From: a virus
Strand: one strand, 5' to 3'
Length of the DNA: 64,000 nucleotides
Virus genome (UHGV): UHGV-1882326
A model generated the notes under the pieces. That model saw only the letters and a list, made by a program, of their open reading frames with translations, was not told the DNA's origin and did not search any database. Shown here piece after piece: positions 17,130 to 28,229 of the stretch. Both the position numbers and the translations under genes were made by a program. The stretch's first letter is position 1, and every line of letters starts with the position of its first letter.

Positions 17130-18542
17130 TTAGAAACTTTCGTATTCTGGATAATAAGCAATCATACTTATATTCATTGAACCACTTTCTTGCATATCAG
17201 CACTAAAACTTTTTACAAGATACTGTTTTGGAACTGTAGAATCTTTAGGTGTGTATGAAACAACTATATTTACGTCAAGCCACCATATAGGGACACATGT
17301 CAAACTTACACTGTCATTCATTCTGGTTCGTAAATATAATTCATATTTAGCACGTTGTCTTGCTAAATCATTAGTATATATATTATCATATTCACCCCCA
17401 GACAAAGGAATTGCTATCTCACCTATTGTACCCCCTACATAATAAGGGCTTTGTGGATTATCGTCTTTAGCTTCACCGTATATCTGTTGATAGCCTAGGT
17501 ATATAAACTTACCATTCTGGTATCTGGCAACGTAATACTGGTTGTTACGGTCTAGTACCGCCGCTGTTCCGTCCTCATTAACCAAAGGTAATGCGCTGTT
17601 ATCATTCACTTTAATATAAGGACTTGCAACTGCTGTAGTAGCCGTCCAACCTACTGTGAAACTTGTATCTGCATAAAAAGTTGTTGGATAATCTGCAATA
17701 GTAAGAGTATAAGTATTTCCACTCTGAGTTATATTACTTGGATAATATGTTGGGTCGATTGATTTTCCAAATACTCTTACTACATTTTTAACGCTTTCAA
17801 AATCAGACGTAATACTTTCTGATGTTACAATATTATCCCATACATCGTCATCCAATAAAGACGGTTCATTATGACCACTTGGAATTTTTTGATACCTAAA
17901 TACTCCGTTCACATCAAAGAAAATTTCCATAGTTGCGTCTACATCTCTTAATTGAGAAAGTAATGAATAAACACTATCACCAACGTCTACTTGTATATCA
18001 TAAGGTAAAGCATATGGCAATTCTTCAAGGACATATTTAGTTACTCCTACTAACTTTAACACACTAATCATAGCGTTTCTTACGTTACTACCTTGTGGAA
18101 TCGTTGTTGGCATATCTGAAATATAACCATTTCTTGTACCATTCAGTCTTGCCATAAGGTCAAGTCCCTCAAATGATAATGAATTAGTAGAAGCGTCATA
18201 ATTCCATGTAGGGGTATTGATAAGATAAATACCTAAATTTACCCATTCCCAGTCTTTTGCAAGTATATCATATTCACCTATATAAATCTGAACATATCTA
18301 TCCAACCATATTCTTCCACCAGATTTTATCTCAAAATCAGCGGTATCTTTCAGTGCTAAAGTAATACTACATGAACGCCTTTGGTCATTGTTACTATCAC
18401 AATTTATATTACCACTGATAACATAACCCTGTATTTCATTTACGGTCTGATACTCATAATTGAGCAGATTTATCTTTATTTGACGTTCTCTCATTCGTTG
18501 TTTTGCGATATTGTATAAATTTTGCGTTATATTTAATGGCAT
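17130..18542 (-). CDS. Tail/baseplate structural protein, hypothetical
   Basis: 470 aa in the baseplate region downstream of the tape measure. Confidence 0.45.
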   Translation of the reverse strand: MPLNITQNLYNIAKQRMRERQIKINLLNYEYQTVNEIQGYVISGNINCDSNNDQRRSCSITLALKDTADFEIKSGGRIWLDRYVQIYIGEYDILAKDWEWVNLGIYLINTPTWNYDASTNSLSFEGLDLMARLNGTRNGYISDMPTTIPQGSNVRNAMISVLKLVGVTKYVLEELPYALPYDIQVDVGDSVYSLLSQLRDVDATMEIFFDVNGVFRYQKIPSGHNEPSLLDDDVWDNIVTSESITSDFESVKNVVRVFGKSIDPTYYPSNITQSGNTYTLTIADYPTTFYADTSFTVGWTATTAVASPYIKVNDNSALPLVNEDGTAAVLDRNNQYYVARYQNGKFIYLGYQQIYGEAKDDNPQSPYYVGGTIGEIAIPLSGGEYDNIYTNDLARQRAKYELYLRTRMNDSVSLTCVPIWWLDVNIVVSYTPKDSTVPKQYLVKSFSADMQESGSMNISMIAYYPEYESF

Positions 18543-18555
18543 AATTTATCCTCCC

Positions 18556-19488
18556 TTACGTTCCAGTAGTAGAAACTCCACTTACTACTGGTTCTACTAA
18601 TCCAAATTCCATAAGGTCTTTTTCGTTATTTGCGTCACCAACCTCAACGTAATCAAAGGAAATATCTACCTTTCCCATACCCCAGTTGTTGTCATATGTA
18701 ATGTTTGGTTCTGAACTTGGATAAACCAAATGTATCGAGTTATTCCAATCCTTTATGATTTTTGCTTTATTATTTGTGATATAATTCAATATTTCTTCTG
18801 TTAATTTATTGATTTCGTATCTATTCATTATCCTATTCTTTTCATAATCCAAAGGTAGGACAGTAAAACTGATACTATTGCTGTAATAATTCGTCTTAGC
18901 ATTAGCAACAATTACTGGATATTTACTACCATAAGGCTCAAATACACCTATCTTCTTAACACGTTTACCAGTACCATATGCTACCCCAGCGTAGAATTTA
19001 TATATACTATCCTTTTCACAAATGAATACGCCCTTGAATTGAGAAGTGATACTATTGGTAATATAATCGCCCTCAGCACCGTTCAATATAGGAACTAAAG
19101 CATATTCATAATCTGTATTATTAGCGGCTATATAATCATTAAAAGCAAAGTTTAAATCTTCAAATGCTTTTACTGTAACTGTCTTTAAAGTAACCCAGTT
19201 AAATGTACCTTTAATTCTACGTTTTACTTTAATAGCGGTCAAATATTGCAGTAAGAAATCTACATTACCGCCATTGATATTACCGTCAAAATTAGCAACA
19301 ATAATATCAAGATAAGCCCATTCAGTATTTTTAATAGGTGAATAATCACTAGTTACATTACTAGTTAAATGAAAATGGTCAAAGATACCGTTCTGAACTT
19401 GAACTGTTGTTACATTATTTACACTGGTAGGTGCAATATCTAGGCTGTTACCGTCTTGTACGAAATTGTACCCTAAGAAAGAAAACAT
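18556..19488 (-). CDS. Tail/baseplate structural protein, hypothetical
   Basis: 310 aa. Confidence 0.45.
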   Translation of the reverse strand: MFSFLGYNFVQDGNSLDIAPTSVNNVTTVQVQNGIFDHFHLTSNVTSDYSPIKNTEWAYLDIIVANFDGNINGGNVDFLLQYLTAIKVKRRIKGTFNWVTLKTVTVKAFEDLNFAFNDYIAANNTDYEYALVPILNGAEGDYITNSITSQFKGVFICEKDSIYKFYAGVAYGTGKRVKKIGVFEPYGSKYPVIVANAKTNYYSNSISFTVLPLDYEKNRIMNRYEINKLTEEILNYITNNKAKIIKDWNNSIHLVYPSSEPNITYDNNWGMGKVDISFDYVEVGDANNEKDLMEFGLVEPVVSGVSTTGT

Positions 19489-19524
19489 ATTATCCTCTCA
19501 CCTACTTTCTATTTGTTGTTATTA

Positions 19525-20649
19525 TTAATTTGTTGCAGTAGGAATTACGCTACCTAAATTTATCAAAGAAATATTATAAACATTTCCTATTCTTCTCACC
19601 CATAAAGTAAGATAATCTGTATTTTGTGGTAATGGAATATATTGAGAATATCTATAATAAACATCTTCTGCAATACCACTGTCCACAGTCATATCTACAT
19701 AGGCTTTAAGTTCTGTTTCGTTTCTATAATATCCGTTCCTATAAGTAAACGTAATCTTTTGACCTTGTGAATTAGTAAAAAATGAGATTGGTGTGTCTAC
19801 GTTCATATCTCTAAACCACCATTGAGCCGTAAAATCTCCGTTTAATTGGAAACCACTTGTCCACTTTGTCCAGTAACCGTCTGGTCTTAAATCAATTTCT
19901 TTACCGTCTACATTAGTAATATATATTGGTTCTTCTGGATTGCTTGAACCCTCAATAATACTAACAATACTTTCACCAGTGATATAACCATTAGTGCAAT
20001 CATTAGTCAAACCAAGAATACCAAACACAGTTGGACTGGAATATGTAACAGTGATTAATATTTCACCAGTTGTTACATAAGTTCCATAAATAGTATAACC
20101 CTTGATTTCAATGTAATAAGTTGCTTTATCATCTAATCCAGTCAATAAATAAGTTTGAGTTACTGGTGGTTTAATACTCTGACCACCATAAATCTCACCA
20201 CTGTTATTAATTTCAACATGGTTAGAATTATATAGAATCACATTATAATAGTTTAATAATTCACCCTCAATCTGATTATATGTAAACTCAAATAAAAAAC
20301 TTGAAGAATTGATAATATTATTTGCGGGTAAATTGGTAAACTCTATTGTAGGTTGAGTATAGCACCAAAACTGTATAGGGTCACTTGGACTACTTACTTC
20401 GCCTTGTGCGTCATAAGTAGTTACATAAGCGTTATAATATGTACCATTAGTTAATGTATTAGGTGGAACAGTATGCTCAAACTTAAATGAGTCCACAGAC
20501 TGTTGGTATACAACTTGGTTTGTGGTGTTGTTACGAATTGTTAATTGGTTCTTTACAACTTGATTACCACCAGTTGAATAGAATGTAAATGTTGACTTTT
20601 GAGAAGCGTCAAATGCATTTATTGAATATAATATCGGTTTAGTTACCAT
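19525..20649 (-). CDS. Tail/baseplate structural protein, hypothetical
   Basis: 374 aa. Confidence 0.45.
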   Translation of the reverse strand: MVTKPILYSINAFDASQKSTFTFYSTGGNQVVKNQLTIRNNTTNQVVYQQSVDSFKFEHTVPPNTLTNGTYYNAYVTTYDAQGEVSSPSDPIQFWCYTQPTIEFTNLPANNIINSSSFLFEFTYNQIEGELLNYYNVILYNSNHVEINNSGEIYGGQSIKPPVTQTYLLTGLDDKATYYIEIKGYTIYGTYVTTGEILITVTYSSPTVFGILGLTNDCTNGYITGESIVSIIEGSSNPEEPIYITNVDGKEIDLRPDGYWTKWTSGFQLNGDFTAQWWFRDMNVDTPISFFTNSQGQKITFTYRNGYYRNETELKAYVDMTVDSGIAEDVYYRYSQYIPLPQNTDYLTLWVRRIGNVYNISLINLGSVIPTATN

Positions 20650-20669
20650 AAAATTTAATCACCTACTTT

Positions 20670-21524
20670 TTAAGATGTTCTTTGCCAAATATAACAACAA
20701 AGATATGGCTGTACAGTTGAAATAGTTTGTGTTGTTAATGTTACATCTCCGTGTGTATGTCCTTGTCCTCCACCTGCACCTAATGTAGTTGTAATAGTAC
20801 CTTTGCTCCAATCATTAAACCAACCACCGTTATTATGAATTTGAAAACCATTATTAGCCGAAATTGGAGAAAACTCATTAGGTGCCGCAGAGCCATATTT
20901 TACTGCTATAATACTTGTATTGCCATCCATACCATGTTGATGGTCTGGAATTTCATTTATTGTTAATACATGATTTTGCGTTGTGTGTGCGTGAGTATAA
21001 TCATTACTATACACACCGCCCAGTTTTCCTGCTTGATTAAAGCTATCTTGATTAGTGTCAACGCCTACTAAAGTTCTTCCTTGTCCTATTAACAACCAAC
21101 TTCCACCAAAAAAAGTTGAAGGATTAGTAGCAACCAAAGAAAGATAAATTGAACCAACAGGGTAAACATCTAAAGCACTAATACCACCAGATTTGCTACT
21201 TCCACCACCGCTTATATACATATTACTTGCTTGATTTTGTGGGTATGTGACTTTTACAATATCATTTATCTTAAAGTTTGCGACAGAGTAACTAGGAACT
21301 CTGCTATATTCTTTATTATCTATAACAACATTATATGTACCATCAGAATTTAAACTTTTAATCAAACCAGTTTTAGTAATATCTCTAGGTGCTTTATTAA
21401 CTTCCTGTTTTGCAATAATTCTCATAGCTTCAAGTATTTCTTTATTTATATCCCATGTTTTAGCATCAAGGCTACTATTCCCTCGCTTAACATCGGTTCC
21501 TTTATTGTTGTATAAATTTTGCAT
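20670..21524 (-). CDS. Tail-collar-domain fiber/baseplate protein
   Basis: The sequence YPVGSIYLSLVATNPSTFFGGSWLLIGQGRTLVG resembles the phage tail collar / MdpB motif, and His-rich boxes follow. Confidence 0.45.
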   Translation of the reverse strand: MQNLYNNKGTDVKRGNSSLDAKTWDINKEILEAMRIIAKQEVNKAPRDITKTGLIKSLNSDGTYNVVIDNKEYSRVPSYSVANFKINDIVKVTYPQNQASNMYISGGGSSKSGGISALDVYPVGSIYLSLVATNPSTFFGGSWLLIGQGRTLVGVDTNQDSFNQAGKLGGVYSNDYTHAHTTQNHVLTINEIPDHQHGMDGNTSIIAVKYGSAAPNEFSPISANNGFQIHNNGGWFNDWSKGTITTTLGAGGGQGHTHGDVTLTTQTISTVQPYLCCYIWQRTS

Positions 21525-21581
21525 AATTCAATTCACTTCCTTTACCAAAACAAACAAAATCTTTATAGTAAAAGGAGAGAA

Positions 21582-24500
21582 TTAATCTCTCCTTCCACCC
21601 ATCTGTAATGCTCTGTTTTTTAAATTCTTTAATTCGTCAATAAATGATTGTGCGTTGGTAACATTTGGTAATGTAAGATTTTCAAAAGCGTAGTTATAAA
21701 TAGGTGCAGACTGTCCACCCATTTTTCCTACAATACTGTTTAACCATTGTGTAGGTGAGAATTTACCAAGTTGCATAAGATTCTCAGTCAAATGATTAGG
21801 AATAATACCGTCACCCTCATTAGACCTTGAACCAAGAACTCTTAATTCTCGACCTTTTTCACCAACCATAGATAAACCATAACCTTTTGTTGTACCGTTT
21901 GCATAAGCCCCCGGGCCATGTGAAGTATCATCTTCATACCAGTTATCACCACCAGACCCATGAGAATAACTAGGTTCTTTATCAGAATAATATTCATCTG
22001 GGTCAAGTTCGTCACCAAAATCTTCATCGTCATCATCATCGTAACTTTTATATCTTGTCTTAAGTGTACTCATTATTTCATTGTATCTATCTACATAATC
22101 TTGAAGATTGCCAAGACGTTTCTCCCAGTTTTCACCCTCTAAACTGATACCTAATACTTGTTCAGCAAGAAGTTTATTCTGTTCAGTTGTATAATTATCT
22201 GTAACATTTCCCCATTCATCTTTATACTTTTGCCAATACTTTATCTGTTCTTCAACTGAATTAATTGTAGCGTCACGAATATCTTCTAATCGTTTTATCT
22301 CTTTCTTGGTGTCTTGCTCTTTCTTATATTGTGTAAGAGCAGTTTTAGCTTCGTCTACAGCAGATTGGTCTGTTTCGTAAACAAAACCTTGTCCCTCTCT
22401 ATATATTCTTACTTTCTTTTGTTGTGCTTTTGCTAAAGCATCTAACTTTTCTTGTAGTTCAATTTCGTCATTTGTTGCATCGTTCTTTTCGTTTATTTTG
22501 TCAATCTCAGCATCGTACTGGTCTTGAATAGCTTGTTTTCTTTCGTTAAGTGCATCAATTTCTTTTTGCGCTAATGAAGCAACATAACTAAACGCTGTTT
22601 CCAGATTAGATTGTTGTTCCTCATACCAAGCCTTTTCTTCCTCCCACTCTTCTTTACGTGCTTTCTTACGCTTTTCTGCTTCTTGCTCTGCTTTTCTTGT
22701 ATTTTCTTCTTCAAGTTTATTACGTCCAGAATAAATCTCTTCTTCAATTTTCCAACGTTGCTCTGCGTATTTTTCTTCATTACTATAGAACTCTTTCATT
22801 AATTCTTCAAGTTCGTCATAGTATTCCTGTTCAGAAATCATATCCATAGCAAGTTGATGTTTTAAGAGGTTATAACGCTCAGTATAAGCCGCATCATGGG
22901 CTTTTGTCATACCGTCTAAGGCTTTCTCATGATACTTGTTATATTCATCCTCATACCCCTCTTTATCTTTGTAGTATTTATTTGTAAGTTCTTCAAGCTG
23001 TTCATAATACCATTTATCTGTAGCGGCATTATCTTTCATTGAAGCCTTTTGTTTATCTAAAGCAGCAAGTTCTTTTTCAAATGCTTCTTTATATGCTTTA
23101 GCGTCTGCTTTTGCTTGCTTTTCTTCATCTGAGGTTGAGGACTTTTTGGAACCACCACCTTTACCGCCTTTACTACCAGAAGTAGAAGGTTTAAATTGTA
23201 ATCCTTTTCTCAATTCCTCTAAAAGTTTTTGATTTTGTTGATTACGGTAAGCTTGAACTTGTGCGTCAAATCCTTCTGAGTAAGATTGAACACCAACACC
23301 GCTACTGCCTGTTCTAGCTTTTGGTGCGGCACCAGATACAGCATCTAAACTAGAAGCAAATTGTAAAATTCCTTGCGCTCCTTGTGCAAATTGGTTACCT
23401 GTTGTTATAGCTGTATTACCAATCGTTGTTAAATAAGGATTTGCTTGTGAACTTGCTGTTCCCACTTGTTGAATAGAAGTTCCTAAATTATCAGAACCTT
23501 GTTTCCCTGTTTCTGCGTTTGTGCCAACTTTTTGCTCACTTTCACTAAAAGTATCTAATCCTTGTGAACTAGAAATAGCAGAAATCCCTCTTTCAGTAAA
23601 GCTTTGCGCCATTGACATTAAAGAAGCATCATTAACAACTAATTGACCATTTACCATTTGTAAAGAATTAAGATATTCTGGGTTTAAAGATAATAAATCA
23701 GCCATTGTATCTATTGTAACACTACCTGTTTTATTATATTCGTCTGCTACTTCATGTAAGGTATTATAAGCGTCTTGAACGCCTTTTAATTCTGATGTAA
23801 GACTTTTAATAGCTTTTTCAAATTCTTCTGTTTGGGAAGCGGCTTCACCTGCATCTTCACCATATTGATTTACACCATCGGCGGCTTCTTTTGCTTTATC
23901 ACCATTATCTTGTAATTCAATTCCTAATGCTTTTGCAAAATCTGGGAATTGCGTAGCAACAACTTCGTCTAACGCTTCTTTAAACAACGGAATCTGTGAA
24001 TTATTTTCAAGCAACGCATTGTATACACTTTCAAAAGAACTAAGGCTATCATATTGAGTGTTTATAAAAGATTGTGTCTTTTTATCAACATCAACTGTTG
24101 CGTCAGCGGCTTCTCTTGTAAGTGTAGCAGTTTTATTATATTTATCCTCTAATTCAACAAGAGTATTACTTAAGAACGCTAAAGTTTGCTGATGCAATTT
24201 TGTTTGATTATCTTCTTGTTGCATTGCGGTAATAGTAGTGTTTAAATCCGCTATTAATTCTTTATAACCACCTGCCGCTTCATAAACACCTTCGCCCAAA
24301 CTCTTTGTATATTTATTATAAAACGCCTTAAAAGATTCACTGGATTCAGTATCATAAGTAAATTTTAAAGGAATGTAAAATGAAGTTCTATTTAACATAT
24401 CCTGTGTTGCTTTTTGTGCTTTCTGAATTTCAGCTTGATTTCTGTTCAAAAAATCTTGTGATTTTTCAGCATTTTCTTTACTAAGTAAATCTAAACCTTC

Positions 24501-26243
24501 TGCTCTTGTTCCGTTCAAATTTGATAGTGCTTCTTCTTCAATACCGTAAGCCTTAGCAAGTTTAGAAATTGTAGATTTTAACTTTTGTTTATTTTCATCT
24601 TCATCACCTGTAGCTTCTTTAGCATTAATATATTCAAGTCTTAAATTATAAAGATTTTTTCTTTCATCTTCAAAACTACTACCTGCTTGTTCTGCGGCTC
24701 TTCTTGCGTTTTCTTGTTGAGTATTATAATAACTATAAGCGGCTACAAGTCCAGTAACAACAAGTGATACTGCACCTAAACTTGCAGTTAATAAACTACC
24801 TGCACCTGCCATAGCCGTAAATCCTTGTGCTAAAGAACCTGTAGCGGCATAAGCATAATCAAATTTAGCAATCATATCTAAAACATTTGTAGATATTTTC
24901 GCTATCATTTCTGGTATTTTATGTCCGTTAAGAGTAATAAAAGCACCTGTAATAGCAGTAAGTACAGTGGGCATACCACCTAAATCATTAATAAGTTTTA
25001 ATACTTGTGTACCAAATTCTACAAGGCGTTTTACACTATCTGAGGAAATACCCTCTGTCCAAAACTTTTCTAATTCAGATGTGAACTGAGATACTTTACC
25101 TTGTATACTATCCAAATAACGTGCATTTTCTTTAAGTGCTGAACCTTGGGAATCTAAAGCTAATTTATAAGCTTCTGTAGCAGAATTAAGGTTTGTCATA
25201 ACCGCACTAAATACGGAAAATTGGTTCTTACCTGCAAGTGCCAAACCCAATGATTGTTTTTCAGCTTGTGACATTTCATCCCAACTAGATTTTAAATCTT
25301 GAAAGACTTGATAAGTGCTTTTCATTTCTCCTGTAGATTGGTCAAATAAATCTATAGATTTTGTAACACCTTGTACTTTAAAACTTAATTCTCCTGCTTC
25401 ATTAGCCGCTTTTGCTATATTATTTCCCACCGTGGTCAATCCTCTTGCCACTTGCACACTTCTTCCAGTAAGAATCTCCGTACCTGATGTAATTAATGCT
25501 ATAGATTCTTCAAAGTCATTGCCTAATACAGAAAGACCTGCACCTGCAACAGTAAGACCTTTTGCTAAATCATTAGTTCCGACAGCCATGTTATTAGCAA
25601 CCTCGTTGGTGGCATCTATAATATGCTGTGCATCTTGTGATGTCATATTAAACGCTTTCATTTGAGAGTTTACAAAACTTGCACTATCTCCTGCGGAAAT
25701 TGCAGTATCTGCAATATTTTGAAACATAGTTGCTACTTTTCCTAATTGTAAACTTTCTTGGTCTGAATAACCCATTTTCTTGAACTGGGTTCCTGCTTCT
25801 ATAAATTCAGTAGCACTTTTTCCTACTTCAAGACCCATTTCTCTTGCTGTACTTACAAAACTTTTCATTCCCTCGTCTGTTAAATCAGACACTTTCTTAT
25901 ATTCAGTAACAGCGGCATCTAATTCTCTAACAGCATCTACACCGTCCATTAACGATTGTCTTAACTCATTAATAACAAGTGTTACGCCACCAAACTTAGA
26001 TACTTTAGTAAATATATCACCAATACTTTGAAAAGTTTTTTCTGCGCTCGTACTGGTATCATCAAATCCCACTTTTAATCCTTTAAGCCCACTTAACGCA
26101 TCACTAAGTTTGCTTGTATCAACATCAATGCCAACTTTCATAGTTGCGTATTTTTGACTTATCTTATCTAATTGTGCTTGAATATTTTTTGCATCTAATA
26201 CTGCATTTACAAGTATTTGAAAATTACTACTATTCAATGCCAT
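21582..26243 (-). CDS. Tail tape measure protein
   Basis: 1553 aa with long coiled-coil K/E-rich central segments and Gly/Ala-rich TM-like segments, in the canonical position after the major tail protein. Confidence 0.8.
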   Translation of the reverse strand: MALNSSNFQILVNAVLDAKNIQAQLDKISQKYATMKVGIDVDTSKLSDALSGLKGLKVGFDDTSTSAEKTFQSIGDIFTKVSKFGGVTLVINELRQSLMDGVDAVRELDAAVTEYKKVSDLTDEGMKSFVSTAREMGLEVGKSATEFIEAGTQFKKMGYSDQESLQLGKVATMFQNIADTAISAGDSASFVNSQMKAFNMTSQDAQHIIDATNEVANNMAVGTNDLAKGLTVAGAGLSVLGNDFEESIALITSGTEILTGRSVQVARGLTTVGNNIAKAANEAGELSFKVQGVTKSIDLFDQSTGEMKSTYQVFQDLKSSWDEMSQAEKQSLGLALAGKNQFSVFSAVMTNLNSATEAYKLALDSQGSALKENARYLDSIQGKVSQFTSELEKFWTEGISSDSVKRLVEFGTQVLKLINDLGGMPTVLTAITGAFITLNGHKIPEMIAKISTNVLDMIAKFDYAYAATGSLAQGFTAMAGAGSLLTASLGAVSLVVTGLVAAYSYYNTQQENARRAAEQAGSSFEDERKNLYNLRLEYINAKEATGDEDENKQKLKSTISKLAKAYGIEEEALSNLNGTRAEGLDLLSKENAEKSQDFLNRNQAEIQKAQKATQDMLNRTSFYIPLKFTYDTESSESFKAFYNKYTKSLGEGVYEAAGGYKELIADLNTTITAMQQEDNQTKLHQQTLAFLSNTLVELEDKYNKTATLTREAADATVDVDKKTQSFINTQYDSLSSFESVYNALLENNSQIPLFKEALDEVVATQFPDFAKALGIELQDNGDKAKEAADGVNQYGEDAGEAASQTEEFEKAIKSLTSELKGVQDAYNTLHEVADEYNKTGSVTIDTMADLLSLNPEYLNSLQMVNGQLVVNDASLMSMAQSFTERGISAISSSQGLDTFSESEQKVGTNAETGKQGSDNLGTSIQQVGTASSQANPYLTTIGNTAITTGNQFAQGAQGILQFASSLDAVSGAAPKARTGSSGVGVQSYSEGFDAQVQAYRNQQNQKLLEELRKGLQFKPSTSGSKGGKGGGSKKSSTSDEEKQAKADAKAYKEAFEKELAALDKQKASMKDNAATDKWYYEQLEELTNKYYKDKEGYEDEYNKYHEKALDGMTKAHDAAYTERYNLLKHQLAMDMISEQEYYDELEELMKEFYSNEEKYAEQRWKIEEEIYSGRNKLEEENTRKAEQEAEKRKKARKEEWEEEKAWYEEQQSNLETAFSYVASLAQKEIDALNERKQAIQDQYDAEIDKINEKNDATNDEIELQEKLDALAKAQQKKVRIYREGQGFVYETDQSAVDEAKTALTQYKKEQDTKKEIKRLEDIRDATINSVEEQIKYWQKYKDEWGNVTDNYTTEQNKLLAEQVLGISLEGENWEKRLGNLQDYVDRYNEIMSTLKTRYKSYDDDDDEDFGDELDPDEYYSDKEPSYSHGSGGDNWYEDDTSHGPGAYANGTTKGYGLSMVGEKGRELRVLGSRSNEGDGIIPNHLTENLMQLGKFSPTQWLNSIVGKMGGQSAPIYNYAFENLTLPNVTNAQSFIDELKNLKNRALQMGGRRD

Positions 26244-26829
26244 TGTTTATGTACCTACCTTTCTTAGCATTTATATTTGGCTTCTTACCAAATCCCTTAC
26301 TTATTTCAGTAGGTTTAATCTGTGACCATGCTATTCCAATAGCATCTCCAATATCGTCATCATTTTTCACGCTTTTAGGTTTATCTAAATCATAAAACAA
26401 TTCCAACCCAAAAATATGATTGACTTTTTCTATAGTTTTCCATTTCATTACTGGACGTTTAGTTCCATTTCTAGTACCATCATAAACGCCCAAATCACTA
26501 CGCCATTTACTAGGCATAAGAAATTCTATTTTTACATTATGTACCGCACAAACACCTAATACAATTCCTTGTAACACTGATAATTGTTTTACTGTTTGTA
26601 CATTATTACCACATTCACCGCTTAAAATTGTATCTTCACAATAAATAAAAAACGGGGAATAAGTGTCCAATAGCGTGGATAACTCATTCCCCATATATAT
26701 ACAACGTTCTCTCCAAGCTATCTCTTGCTTCTGTTTCCAAACGCCAAATTTTATCAATTTACCATTTTTAAAAACTGAATATCCAGAACTTTTCGTTGAC
26801 ATATCCAGTCCAATTACAACATTTTCCAT
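26230..26829 (-). CDS. RuvC-like Holliday junction resolvase (RNase H fold)
   Basis: It has VVIGLDMSTKSSGYSVF (Asp motif 1), YCEDT, and DDIGDAIGIAWSQ (C-terminal Asp pair). It overlaps the tape-measure start by 14 nt. Confidence 0.55.
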   Translation of the reverse strand: MENVVIGLDMSTKSSGYSVFKNGKLIKFGVWKQKQEIAWRERCIYMGNELSTLLDTYSPFFIYCEDTILSGECGNNVQTVKQLSVLQGIVLGVCAVHNVKIEFLMPSKWRSDLGVYDGTRNGTKRPVMKWKTIEKVNHIFGLELFYDLDKPKSVKNDDDIGDAIGIAWSQIKPTEISKGFGKKPNINAKKGRYINNGIE

Positions 26830-26849
26830 ATAATCCCCTTTTCCAAATT

Positions 26850-27359
26850 TTACCAGAAAGAGGATATATTTTTACCTCTTCCTACACTTCTACATTGTAT
26901 TCCTTGTTTCTGCATACCTTCAATAAACCATTTCTTTAATTCACCTTTGTTTAACTGTTCAATCAACGGTGTCCAAGCATCTCTTGGTTTATTCCACCAA
27001 CCATATCCAAATAAATCACCACCAAGACCTTGATATATAATTCCAGTTAATTCATCTCTTACATCACCATAAGTAGTATATAAACTACCATGTTGGAACA
27101 TTTCTGGATTATAAGACATAAAAGTAGGGTCTTGGGATAAAATCCCAGACCCACCTTGTCTTGTTTTTTGTGATTTTGTTTGCCAACTTTCCAGAAATTC
27201 ATATGTTCTTTCATATTCTTCTGGTATATGTGCATATACAATCTGATTGATTAAATGCTTATAATTCACCAATATTTGTTGCATTACATATTCAACAGCT
27301 TTAGAAACTGGTTCATTGTACAAGGAATAAAACTCACCTGCATTTTTAGCATAAGCCAT
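26850..27359 (-). CDS. Hypothetical (tail assembly region)
   Basis: 169 aa. Confidence 0.4.
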   Translation of the reverse strand: MAYAKNAGEFYSLYNEPVSKAVEYVMQQILVNYKHLINQIVYAHIPEEYERTYEFLESWQTKSQKTRQGGSGILSQDPTFMSYNPEMFQHGSLYTTYGDVRDELTGIIYQGLGGDLFGYGWWNKPRDAWTPLIEQLNKGELKKWFIEGMQKQGIQCRSVGRGKNISSFW

Positions 27360-27368
27360 TTTACCTTA

Positions 27369-27818
27369 TCACTTCTTTCCAAATGCTTCTACTAACTTTT
27401 TACTGTCTGCTAACATGTCCTCAATCTGTTTATTGTTAGGCATTTTCTTAGCATATTTATCTAAAGTCTTATTCAATTGTTCTAAAAATTTATTCACGTT
27501 GGTTCTGATTGATAATTCATCTTCTACATAATCATCAATCTCACTAACGTTAAATATATTATAATCCACAACGTCAATAATTCCAGATTTAACAAGCATA
27601 TCATAATCTTTAACAATTCCCTCTGGAATATCAGTCATTAATTTAATAAGCATTGTATTTTTAACAACATTTCTTTCAACAGCATTTGAACATTTTAACA
27701 TATTATTTCCAATAAGTTCAACCTGTTCTGGGGTTAAATACTGTTTTACCGTATATTTTTCACCTTTTTCGTCCTCAGTATAAGGAATTGTTACCACTTT
27801 TTCTTTTAATTCAACCAT
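27369..27818 (-). CDS. Hypothetical, possible tail assembly chaperone
   Basis: The likely start is MVELKEK, which follows AAAGGA. The track extends it to 27881. Confidence 0.4.
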   Translation of the reverse strand: MVELKEKVVTIPYTEDEKGEKYTVKQYLTPEQVELIGNNMLKCSNAVERNVVKNTMLIKLMTDIPEGIVKDYDMLVKSGIIDVVDYNIFNVSEIDDYVEDELSIRTNVNKFLEQLNKTLDKYAKKMPNNKQIEDMLADSKKLVEAFGKK

Positions 27819-27944
27819 TTCATTCCGTCCTTTCGTTTCGTTCCATAATCTATGTACAAAGGGTGCAACGAAACGTAACACCCTTTTTAAAATTTACCCT
27901 ACCAATTTATCATGTAAACCATTCAAATCAGTGTTACCCTATTT

Positions 27945-28214
27945 CTACTTATCTGTAACCACTTTCTTTGCAACTTGGTCTACCCATGTGGAAGCCATTC
28001 CAGACACAATACCAATGGCAATAGCTGTCATAATATCATCAGCAGGAAAATCAACCATATATCTATAACCTAAAACACCTGCAATTCCACCAATCAGTCC
28101 AACAATCGGCAGAATCTTATTATTATCTAACTTAGTATAATTTTTAACAAACTGCCCTGCAAGATAAGCAATAACTACAATTACAGGTACACTTACAATT
28201 CCGAAATCTGGCAT
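27945..28214 (-). CDS. Small 2-3 TM protein, holin-like (XhlB / phage_holin_4_1-like)
   Basis: 89 aa with TM helices and a charged C-terminus. Confidence 0.45.
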   Translation of the reverse strand: MPDFGIVSVPVIVVIAYLAGQFVKNYTKLDNNKILPIVGLIGGIAGVLGYRYMVDFPADDIMTAIAIGIVSGMASTWVDQVAKKVVTDK

Positions 28215-28229
28215 AATATCAAATCCTTT

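Noticed and set aside
21842-26031. Multiple 60-116-aa ORFs within or antisense to the tape measure gene
   Set aside because: They are embedded in a 4.6-kb continuous ORF with coherent tape-measure features. They have no ribosome-binding sites and show shadow-ORF composition.
27350-27380. Possible programmed -1 frameshift between the two putative tail chaperone genes
   Set aside because: The gene end reads TTTGGAAAGAAGTGA with no X XXY YYZ slippery heptamer. The next gene has its own ATG and a short spacer.
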